This document shows, one piece after another, positions 46,685 to 57,118 of a DNA stretch of 64,000 nt. The DNA comes from Fistulifera solaris (Eukaryota), in the NCBI GenBank assembly GCA_030295235.1, contig AP026124.1, positions 1,240,001 through 1,304,000 on the forward strand, read 5' to 3'. Position 1 is the stretch's first letter, and every line of letters begins with the position of its first letter. Under the pieces are notes generated by a model that ran no database searches, had not been told where the DNA came from, and saw only the letters and a program-made list of their open reading frames with translations. The position numbers and the translations under genes are program-made.

Positions 46685-47876
46685 ATGGGTCTCTTCAAAA
46701 CTTTACTCGACGCCACTTCTAATCGAGTTGAGGCCGAAAACGCTGAAAAGCCTTCCACCTCTTCGTCGCTGTCTCTTCCTTCCGTTGTCTTGCTTTACAC
46801 GGACCAACCACTGGAATTTCTCGGATCTTCGACGCCTTCGTTCGCTCACCTTACTTTCCAAGCCGTGTGTACCACTGCGGAGGAGTCAGAAACATCCACT
46901 GTGGGCTTGCGTGTGAAACGAACCGTCGAAGCCGTACCGGACTTGGGCGTGTGGAACGTTCGAGTTTCAAAACGATTGAGTGACTCTTTGATAGGCATTC
47001 CTTCGAAAAACTGTTCATCTTACTGTTGGAAAGTCGACATGTCAAATGCTTCGTCAGTAGAACCGACTTTGATATCTTTGCAAGACACTCTCGTGCGCTA
47101 TTTGATTCAAACGTCGGACACGCATGTGCAACCGGAGACACCCACCGCCACAACTACCTTGTATCAGTTGCGATCCGTACAGTTCGGCTTAGCAGCAGAA
47201 GATAATGACAATAAGAACGTGTCGGCCGCGCCGGATGAAAACGATCGACATATTAAAATCTCGCTGCAAATTGTTGCTGTGTGGCCAAGCTCGGATCCAA
47301 ACCTTTCCGATGAAGAGTCATTCCTACGGCAACAAACGACAGCGTTGTTATATTACCATCTTCGACGTTTTGCTGCAGCTCTAAATTCCACGTTGGTTTT
47401 CGTGGGAGAACAGGATTCCAGTGTGCAGCCTTGTTTGTCTGTACCTCAAGTAGCACGAATTTTAAAAGCTTGGGCGGAGGGATCCTGTGTTTGGGACTCG
47501 AAGGTTTGGACTAAGGTATTGGAAATTGAGACCTCTGAGGAGAAGGAAGACGACAGCACTCTAATTTACGGTCCTGGAATGCATAACACTGAATGGATTG
47601 AGAGCGTTTTGCTTCGAAACGCTAGTTATCCCGGCCACTGGGATGCAAACAAGGAGTCTGTGTGGAAAATATTACCGGCACCTCTTCCCGATGACGCTCC
47701 TGACAAAAGAGCGGTTTCTATGCGAACAGGTGACGAGAGTTGGTTGCAGGAACTTCGTGATTCCGTTGCCTTGCCAGTAGAAGCGGCAGCGACTCCCCGA
47801 AAAACCAGTGACGAGTGCATCTGAAAGCAAGACACCCGATGTATCCGACTACTTCGCAAGTTTATTGAAGACGTAG
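46685..47876 (+). CDS. Divergent cytoplasmic dynein light intermediate chain-like protein
   Basis: YHLRRFAAALNSTLVFV and ESWLQEL resemble DLIC segments. Removing one A near 47800-47804 reveals the terminal DVSDYFASLLKT* (compare DLIC xxFFNSLL). Confidence 0.5.
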
Positions 47877-47895
47877 GAAATGAGATAATAGGGTT

Positions 47896-50800
47896 TTAGT
47901 AATGAATATACTCCAACGCTAACCATGTGAGCACTCTGACAAAAACCAAAATGCCGCCGAGGATTATTCCGTTGCGAATGATGTTGTCATCCGAAAACTC
48001 ACCACCAAAAAAGCTATCGATGTAGTCAGAAGTAGACCCAATACAAATCTCGTTGTTAGTTTCGTCGCATATTCCTTTTGATAAGAGATAGTCGTAGAAT
48101 TCGCTGTTATAGTCGGCCACAACTGTAGCGTCAATCGTTCTATAAAGTGCCATCACCAAACCCTCATAGACATATCGACCTGGGGTTATACTGTACGGCA
48201 CTTCAAAGAAAGATCCAACCATAAACTGAGGGCGAACGATCAGGCCCGAGAAGAAGTTGTTCAAGCCTATGTACACGCTGGACAGCACAAATGCCGTTTG
48301 GGGTGACGGCACTAGACACACAAAAGCTTGTCCAATGTACGAATAGATGGCGAGATTCAAAGTAAAGAAACCCTGAACAACCTCAATGAGTAAGACTCTT
48401 CTTATGCGAGAATCAGAACAAAATATTGACGTACCCAAAAGCCAGCGGAGAAAGGAGCATTGTTTATATGAGATGTCGATAAAAAGATAGCCGTGAAGAT
48501 TGCGCCACCGGCGACAATGAACCACTTTTCTGCAACACCTAGTGCAATCCCGATTGCTTTACTTCCATACATACCCGAGTTGGCGTGGCGGCGAAACATC
48601 ATTTTTATATCTTGCATAACGGGTAAAACAGAAACGATCGACATGATACCTGTGATGATGAAGGAGAGAAAAATAACCGAGAGACGAGCTCTCATTTCGA
48701 TTTCGGTGAACTGATTACGACGCCAGTTCCATAGAAAAACTGATCCTAGGATGAACGCGATTGTTCCCGAGACGGAGAGTCGTGTGAGATTGTATGTCGG
48801 AGACCTCCAGTAAATTGTACGTAGTCGGGCATTCACTAATTCTTCTCTTTGAACCTGCGAAACTGCATATTCACTATTATACTTGATCTCCAAGTTTGGT
48901 ACCCGAGTTTTCTTTATGCGGTCCAGGTCCTGCATGAGATGTAAGAAACTGTCGGAGTTTTTGTAAACAACCGAGAGATCTCCCATGCTTTCGTGGGATA
49001 CTACTCGCAACATCCAATTGGCTGGATTCTCTCCGACTTCAATTTTAGGCGCGCCCTTCGATTCGAAATAGGAGATGAGTGCCGAAGAAGATGCGCCTAA
49101 TTCTCCATGATAAATTACCCTTCCTCCTTTTTTTTAGAAGTAGAAGGTCATCCTAGGTAGACAGTGTAAGCCATTAATGCCGAACGGAGGCTTCGATACG
49201 CTCGACTGATTGTAAACACTTACAAACATTTCGAAAACTGTTGAGGAAGGCTGGTGAATAGTTGCGCAAATTGTGCGGCCGGTATCCGCAATTTTTCTAA
49301 GACATTTCATAACTAAGAGAGCGCTTCTAGCATCCAGGCCACTGTAACATAAAACCGATGTAAAAAAGTGGGCTATCGCTGTAAACATTTTTGTGCTGGA
49401 TACCTTACCTTGTAGGCTGGGGTGCAAAACGCTATTGTTAGAGAAAAAGATACGCTCCGTTTCCGGTGAGGAAAACTACATACCTCATCAAGAAATAGAA
49501 TCGATGGTGAAGCTGAAAGCTCTACTGCAATGGACAAACGCTTCTTCTCTTCAAAACTCAGTCCACCAGTTTCATCTGTCCCCACTAAAGCATCAGAGAT
49601 GCAACTAAGCTCCATGTCACGCATTATTTTTCGAACATAATTTTCTATGGTGTGACTTTCCGTTACATTTGAAGGATCAAGCCTCAGTCTTGCTGAAAAT
49701 AAGATAGTTTCCATAACCGTCAATTGCGGTGATTGCACATCAAACTGTTCCACATACCCAGAACAACGCCGAAAAGAAACTGGATCTTGATTGAAGCCAT
49801 TAAGTAATACTTCACCTTTCACAGTCCCTGTGTTCTTGCGTAAAGCGATGACATCCTGGAAAACAAGGCTTATGAGAATGGAGCCAACTAAGCCTTACGT
49901 GGAAACTTCCACTCACCATTAATGTCGTCTTGCCCGCTCCGGATTCACCCATTAGAGATATCAAACGCCCCGGCCGAAAGATACCATTGATGTTATCCAG
50001 TAAATTCAAAGATGCGCTCTTTGTCGAAGCGGGTACCTCGTAACTTATTTCATGGAACGATAGTGTTACAGGGGTGAATGGTATGTTTACAAGTCCGTCC
50101 TGAGTGTCTCCTTCAGGCTCCGTTGGTTTTGCTGTCGGCCTGGGAGCAGCACCGGTTGAATCTCGAGCTCTTGCAGAGAGTCCAACCGCAGTTAGCACAC
50201 AGCAAAGGAGGAAGTACGAGACCATGAAGTAAAAACCGTATTCAATCCATTCCGAACCAAAGGCTCTCCGCTTGGCGTTGTAAAACCAAGCATCTTGAGA
50301 ATTGATTCAGGGTCCTCCCATCGCTCACTGCGAAATTCCAAAACGACTAAGCTTCTGAACATCCAAGCAAAAGGGTTCAGCCAATACAGAAATGAATAGT
50401 AATCTGGAATAGAGGCTGGCGCAACAATAAAGCCTCCAAACAACATCATCAAAAGAATAACGCAGGCGCCGTAAGCTTGCGCTCCAGAGGCAGTGGCAAA
50501 CGATGCGAAGACTGACAATTGCTGTGCCATAAGAACGGCGAAGGAGAACAAGATTGCTAAATAAACGAAGAGGTTTTCAAGTTCATCGCGCCCAGCCAGG
50601 CCAACTGTGTAATAAAGGAGAATACCGAACATCAGCGTATCCACGATAATTTGGGGGATTTGAGATAAAGTTCGCCCAAAAACGAAGGGCCACACGGAGT
50701 AGAAATTTGCGTTACTGTGCTTGTCAAATATTAATCTGGAACACAGCGGTGAGTTTAAGTACTTACAAGTCGAAAAGGTGTTAACAATCTTTAGACTCAC

Positions 50801-52744
50801 CGATCGCTAATCAGCCCCATAGAGCTTTGCATTGCACCTAAACATAGAAAAGTAAGGTACAATCGATTTTCAGAAAACGAGAAACCAGTGACGTACCTAG
50901 CATGACAAATAGACCAGCTTGGAACATGGCGCCCTGTATTGAGACCGGATCTACAGTGTCGAAGAAAACCCCTCCGACGCTCACCCCTGAAAGGACACGC
51001 GTCAGATAACCGGCGTAAAGGATTGTTGATGATTACGGTCAACTTACCCATCAAGATATTCTTGACGGCACCTGCCATGATTACATTCTTGTCACGAATC
51101 CAAAGTCGTAGAAAGCGGCTGAAGAGCAATCGCGTAGAGCGAGGGAAACTGTTTGCGTAGCGTTTTCTAATATAGGGCATTGACCCTAGCCCCGAGACTT
51201 CGGATCCGTTTTGAGACTCGTTTTCCTTCCATACATATTTCGAAGGACTGTCTAGCGCGTCCTTAATATGCTGACCAAATTTCGATTGACGAAAAATTTC
51301 CGCCAGCTGTGAGAACGTAGGGGCTTCTGGGTAAACTCTCCTTATCTCTTCTGGGGGGTCGTAGAGAGTAGCGCCATCTTCGGTTGTTATCATTTGTAGG
51401 AAGTCCGTTGTATCAAGGTACTCGGGTGCCCGGTACCCTAGAGAGCCAAAGTAGTTCTCGACCTCCCCGACAGGTCCACTAAAAATTAGCTTACCATCCG
51501 CTAAAAGAATAAGTTCATCGAAAAGCGAAACAGTTTCGGGGCTTGGTTGTAGCAAAGAGATAACTCTAGTGAATTGACGTACTCTTCCGAAGTGCAGTAT
51601 GGTTTGAATCATATCAAACGTCGATGCAGCATCGAGTCCAGTTGATACTTCGTCGCCACACATGAAAGGCCTCGTCGAAATGAGCATCTCGCCCACAGTC
51701 ACTCGCCTGCGTTGCCCTCCACTAACCCCACGGACACTGGTGTCTCCAACAAAAGTGTCTTTGACATGTTTCAAACCGAGAGATGTCAACATAATGTCGG
51801 TTATCAGTTTGTTGTCGAGAGCACGCTTTTCGGTTTCCTTCTCCTCGGGCGAGATGCCATCTGTATGAATAAGTTTCCCACCTGATTTACACTGAAAAGC
51901 AAAATCAAATGTTTCTTCTACGGTCAATCTTGGTGCATGTTTATCAAGCTGCGAAACGAACGCAAACGCATTTTCCACCACAAATCCATCCGAGTCCTTA
52001 TCCAGAAAAACATGTGAGTTGCCCGTACTGAAAATAATGAGTGTGTCTCTGACGTTTTTATAATAACACACCTTAATTTCCCGGCCGTTGTAAGTAACGG
52101 TCCCATTCAAAACCTCCCCCTTTTTGTGGATGCAACAATCCGGCGATACATCGCATAAGGGTCGTCTTTCCAGACGCTGGAGGGCCCAAAATCAAATACA
52201 TTTTTCCTGGCTGAAAATGGAGTGAAATATCGTCCAGAACATTCTTGCTCACCAAGTTACAGGCTTCCGTACTAGTCCCGGATGATTTTACTTTGTACCA
52301 TTTGTAGAGTCGATAGAATAAGCTGGTTGAGAAAACCGTCTCGAGCTTCACGTCTTGATTGATCTGCACCATGTAAGTCAAGTTACGGATACGAACTTCG
52401 ACAGGGATATTGAGACTGCGCATGCGTTGGAGAATCGGCTTATACTCTTGCAGTTTGTTCATAATCTCGAGCAGAGGACCCGACAACGGTTTGATATCAA
52501 CTGAATGATCAGGTTGATGGGAATCATTATCCGGCTCATCGTCATCCGAAACGGATTCTTCCACGTCGCTAAAGCTCATCCCATCGCGATGGGTATTTTC
52601 TTTGAGTAAGGCAAAGGTTAAACGCCGTTGATTGAACAGAGTGTGCAAATGGTTTTTCCGCGAGGAGGTAGCAATCCGGAGCGAAGATCTAAAAAGATCC
52701 GCCTCGGCTTCTACCTTGTCAGATTTCTGCTCCAATTCTGACAT
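47896..52744 (-). CDS. Full-size ABCG/PDR-type ABC transporter (NBD-TMD)x2, multi-exon
   Basis: Motifs [51 protein letters not shown] (across a microexon), TIHQPS and YWRSPTYN. About 9 GT-AG introns, plus homopolymer indels near 52117, 50260 and 49130. Confidence 0.92.
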
Positions 52745-53040
52745 GTTGTCGGAAACAAATGAGCATAGAAAGGTTACAATCAACACCAGGTAGAGAGCAA
52801 GTTGAAAGTCGGTCAAGCATTGATTTGCTCTGAAGAAAGATACACACAGAGACAAGAGAGGTTCGCATCATTATTTCAAAAAATCCCACCGCGTTGTTAC
52901 TAAAATTCTTTGTAAGAAGCACTCTCTCAATACAAAGTAGAGGGCACCGCTACGGTACCGGTACCTGGAACCGGGTACCGGTACCGGTTAAGGACATTTT
53001 TATACGTCCTTAGTACCGGTAGCTACAATACCTGGTACGG

Positions 53041-53420
53041 CACGTCAAAACACCGAATCCCCATATTTTCTGGATACGTGAATGTCCCAAACACGCAGAT
53101 TTTCTGATTATGTGAAAACACCACACACCCAGATTTTCTGGGGACATGAAAACACCGCGTTCCTATGGGGCACGTGAAAACACAACGTCACACACGTTTT
53201 CACGCAAGATATTCTGTGGACGTGAAATCTGGGCACTCGAAAACACGGAACGCCCAGATTTTCTGGGGACGTTAAAACACAACTTTTCCGGAAATTCTGG
53301 TGTTGTGAAAATCGCACTCAAGATTTTCTGGGCACGTGAGAACACGTACCCAGATTTTCTGGAAACGAGAAATTACAGCGTTCCCAGATTTTCTGGGAAC
53401 GTGGAAACATCACATTCCAA
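53041..53420. repeat. Degenerate ~32-34 bp tandem repeat, about 10-11 units
   Basis: Consensus approximately CACGTGAAAACAC-N6-CCCAGATTTTCTGGG. The CAGATTTTCTG core or a close variant occurs near 53071, 53096, 53130, 53205, 53254, 53288, 53320, 53350 and 53384. Confidence 0.9.
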
Positions 53421-53641
53421 GACTGATATATTTCTTCAGTCATGAACCAGTTACCACGAAGCGTTCCTGGTACGGTACTTTGGTACCGGTACGGTACCAG
53501 GTACCGGGTACCGGTACCTGGTACAAGTATGGTTTTTTATCGCGGTCGATCACTGGATTCAATTTGATGCAAGACAATATTTACCTTGTGTTGTGTTTCA
53601 CATAAAACACCACCCACTTACTCCTAAACGATACCGGTACC

Positions 53642-55084
53642 ATGGCTTCGACTACTGCTGCTGGCGCGAGTAACCGCCATGCAGCAAAGGACCCATTCGT
53701 TGAGTCGATGGCTGTGCTGCGAGAGATTCTGGCCAAGAAGCAGCAGTGTCCTCCCGTTTCTTCTCCTCGCAGCACTTCTGCTTCCGATGCACAATACGAA
53801 CTCCAACTAGCAAAGGTTCAGAAGGAACTTGCGGAAGAGCGTGGCAAAGTCATAAAACTCCAACAACAAGTCGAAAAGGTCACCTCCGATTTAGAAACAG
53901 CGACGGCGCGGCAACACGAAATGCAAATGGAGTTGAACTACGCGCACGAGAATACAAACGAAAAAGAGAAACAAATTGCAGATTTACAATCAGAATTAGA
54001 CGAAGTAAGAGAGTTGAACTCCAATCTTCAAGAACAGTTCATCAATAGCGAACAAGAAAATGTATGTAAGATCGAAGATTTACACAAGCGCGTCAGCGAA
54101 CTGGAGCGCGAGAATGGCGGTTTGACGCAGCAGCTTGAAAATATTGAGCATGAATATTCAAACAAGATCGAAGCGCTAGAGAATCACATAATCGAATTGG
54201 ACTGCGAAAGGAATGCGTTTTCTCAGCAGCTGGCTGAATTGAAGCACATTTCTCAACAAACGGAACATGAAGGGAAAGAAGCAATAGAGACCGAAGCAAA
54301 TTTGGAAAGTTTGACGGAGAATCAAGTCGTTAAACAAACGAACGAGAGTTCGTCCTTGTTGCTGAGCAAACTTTCTCGTCTAGCAGAAGAATACGATTTA
54401 ATGCAACCGGAGGAGGGAACAGAAGAAGAAGGTGCGAGTTCTACGGAAGGGGAGAAGGTGATAAATGGCAATGACAAGGGAGGAGAAGGTGGCGATGAAG
54501 ACGTGGAAAGAGTCAGTGAGGTAGAAGGCGGCAGTTTCGATAAAGAGGATGGAGAAAAAGAAGAGAAAGAAATACACAGGAGCCCACAAGACGAGAACGT
54601 GACGGTGCTCCTGTCAAACGATATACAAAGAGACAACTACATTCACAATGGATTAGACAGAGAAGTGGAAGAAAATAAAGCTGAGCAACAGGATGATCAA
54701 CAGGAAATGGAAACGACTGTCGAAGAAGACGAAGACGAGGAAATGGCGGAAGCGGAAGTCTCAAGCATAGATTCGGATATGGTGGATGGAGTTGACGAAG
54801 CTATAGACGATGTAGAGAGCAGTGGCATCAATCTGGAAAGCGAACAAGGTGAGATGAATAGCGAGGATGGTGACGGGGAAGAGGACGACGATGACGATGA
54901 CGATGACGATGGCGAAGTGGAAATTATAGAAATTCAAGATGACGACTCGTCTTCGAAGCGCACTAGAAGTGACGATGAGGCAGATGACGAGGATGTCGAC
55001 GAGAGTGAAGATGACGACCGGGATAGAAAACGGAACAGGCTGGAAGACGGAACAGACACAGAAGAGGTTAGTAAAGAAGTTTAA
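53642..55084 (+). CDS. Coiled-coil protein with a highly acidic tail and probable NLS
   Basis: 480-aa ORF with a heptad-rich N-half, a poly-D/E C-half, and KRTR and RKRNR basic clusters. Confidence 0.75.
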   Translation: MASTTAAGASNRHAAKDPFVESMAVLREILAKKQQCPPVSSPRSTSASDAQYELQLAKVQKELAEERGKVIKLQQQVEKVTSDLETATARQHEMQMELNYAHENTNEKEKQIADLQSELDEVRELNSNLQEQFINSEQENVCKIEDLHKRVSELERENGGLTQQLENIEHEYSNKIEALENHIIELDCERNAFSQQLAELKHISQQTEHEGKEAIETEANLESLTENQVVKQTNESSSLLLSKLSRLAEEYDLMQPEEGTEEEGASSTEGEKVINGNDKGGEGGDEDVERVSEVEGGSFDKEDGEKEEKEIHRSPQDENVTVLLSNDIQRDNYIHNGLDREVEENKAEQQDDQQEMETTVEEDEDEEMAEAEVSSIDSDMVDGVDEAIDDVESSGINLESEQGEMNSEDGDGEEDDDDDDDDDGEVEIIEIQDDDSSSKRTRSDDEADDEDVDESEDDDRDRKRNRLEDGTDTEEVSKEV

Positions 55085-55138
55085 GTAATGATAATTAATG
55101 CATGGTAAGGTTTAATGGTTTCTCATGAACTAAAAGTC

Positions 55139-56281
55139 TCAAAATACGCAGTCGTAGCTGATAAAATAGCTACCAGTTTCACCAAAGTCAAGAAAGCTCA
55201 AGCAATGCCCATCGTCGAGCAACGTTTGTATTGATTGATCCATCTCTTCGGATATTCCACCCCACCACATACGCCCATTCCTTGTGCGAAGAAACCATTC
55301 ACCAGCAGGACCCAAGTTGACACATTTAAGATCAGCTTTCTCCTGCCTATCCTCGAGTTTGAGTTGAAGTTCCTCCGGTATTCCTCGCCCTTCGTACTTC
55401 CAGGATCCGTCCTTGAAAACAATGAAAAACGTATCATATGTTGTGCCGAAAGCAACGGAAGCTGGTGGTTGCTTCGCCTTCCTTAGTTCTTTTTCCAGTC
55501 CCTTGGGTCCCTTAAAGGCAAACGTACTATCATGGAATGACACGAAGAAGCGATCACGCGTGGAAAGTGCAACATAAGAGGGTCGACTTTCTCTGCTCTT
55601 TGTTTTCCGAAGCTGTGAAAGCTTGTGATAGAGTGGTCGGGGAATGGAAGGAGTATAAGCGACTCCACCATTGCCGTAAAGAAACACGGTCCCTTTTCCG
55701 TTTGTCGAAACACTTTTTACCAACCGACCCATGGCCGAAATATCTCTTAAGCATTGATCCACATGCTTCATTGGTTCTGCTGGTAGACTAAATTGAAACT
55801 CCATCCCTTCCGCACCGTTATTCATATTGTTTTTCGGAGGATCGATCGGTTGCAAGTGTTGCACGTGGTCTTTCAGTTTGTCTCGTTCCCCTTCCAGTAT
55901 GGCTATGCCAACATCCATCAGCTCCAAGTTTGACTGCAGCGTTTTGACCCGCTGAATGTTTTCATTCTCGTTCTCTTGATCGCCGTCAGATTGGATGACC
56001 AACGAGCTATCGATTGATGTCAATTGCGGAGGATTGCGCAGAAATCTTTCTACAACATCCAGTTGCGATACATTTCGCCGAAAAATATGCCGTATGGTAG
56101 GCTTACTCTCCCACGGTGCGATTCTCCCTATCGCAATAGTTCCGGTCAAACAATAAATGGTGACGCGGGCTTCTTGATTGACAAAATAACTGACAGTCTC
56201 ATGCTCACCGCGCACGGGAATTTCGACACAGTTGGGCATGTCGTTGCCGCGGCGTCTCACGGCCTCTGGGTTCAGTTTCAT
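55139..56281 (-). CDS. Hypothetical protein with about 5 internal ~35-40 aa repeats
   Basis: 380-aa ORF with repeats of the type V-A-(L/F)-G...(W/F)F...G...W/Y...P..L. Confidence 0.75.
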   Translation of the reverse strand: MKLNPEAVRRRGNDMPNCVEIPVRGEHETVSYFVNQEARVTIYCLTGTIAIGRIAPWESKPTIRHIFRRNVSQLDVVERFLRNPPQLTSIDSSLVIQSDGDQENENENIQRVKTLQSNLELMDVGIAILEGERDKLKDHVQHLQPIDPPKNNMNNGAEGMEFQFSLPAEPMKHVDQCLRDISAMGRLVKSVSTNGKGTVFLYGNGGVAYTPSIPRPLYHKLSQLRKTKSRESRPSYVALSTRDRFFVSFHDSTFAFKGPKGLEKELRKAKQPPASVAFGTTYDTFFIVFKDGSWKYEGRGIPEELQLKLEDRQEKADLKCVNLGPAGEWFLRTRNGRMWWGGISEEMDQSIQTLLDDGHCLSFLDFGETGSYFISYDCVF

Positions 56282-56693
56282 GAAAATGTCCTTTCGTGGA
56301 TAATTTGATGAGGAATTGAAGCGCTCTATTATTGATTTATCCTCTCAATCTGTGAATATTTCATAATCATCATTTGCATTTGCATTGACCGTGATGATGA
56401 TTCCATTCTGGCTTGTACCTGTACCTTAGTACAGGTACTGTCGCAGTATTACCAGGTAACAGGTGCGGTCTAAGCTTGAGTCTTACAGTTATTCCAAGGT
56501 TCTATGTAGACTTATATTTCGGATCGTGCTCAGACAAGGGCATCGTCGTTAATAATAATCCAGTACCTGGTACTGGCAATGATCGCGCCGCGGTGTTCTT
56601 CTTACCATGAAGAATCGCTATTTGCTATTTTTATTTCATTTCCTATCCTGTTTAACGTCTTTTATGTTATAAAAAAAGATTGCCATCCCAAAC

Positions 56694-57034
56694 ATGGAAG
56701 AACCGCTGGATCTAATTCGATTATCGATTGATGAGCGCGTCTACGTCAAGTGCCGCGGCGACCGTGAATTAAAAGGCAAATTACATGTGAGTACATTATT
56801 TGGACCTTTGCTTGATTTGCTTGTGATGACTGATTTTTTACTTGATACAAACAGGCCTATGACCAGCATCTGAATATGGTGCTCGGAGATGTCGAGGAGA
56901 CTGTTACTTCTACGGAAGTGGATCCGGAAACAGATGAAGAAATTGTCAAAAAGCACGTCCGAAAGGTTGGAATGCTCTTTGTCCGAGGTGATATCATAGT
57001 ACTTGTGAGCCCTCCATTACGCACGGGGGGATAA
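56694..57034 (+). CDS. LSM3: U6 snRNA-associated Sm-like protein LSm3
   Basis: Exons 56694-56786 and 56855-57034 give [46 protein letters not shown]...[17 protein letters not shown]. Missing from the ORF track. Confidence 0.96.
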
Positions 57035-57118
57035 TTTTTTCCACTCATATGTAACAAGAATAGAAGGTAATTATGAATCAGATCATTTCATTAACTATGA
57101 TGCGCTGCATGTCACCTC

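Noticed and set aside
53041..53420. CRISPR array interpretation, and the short ORFs overlapping the repeat
   Set aside because: The repeats are degenerate, the variable parts are only about 6 nt, there are no cas genes and the context is eukaryotic. The ORFs are by-products of the repeat.
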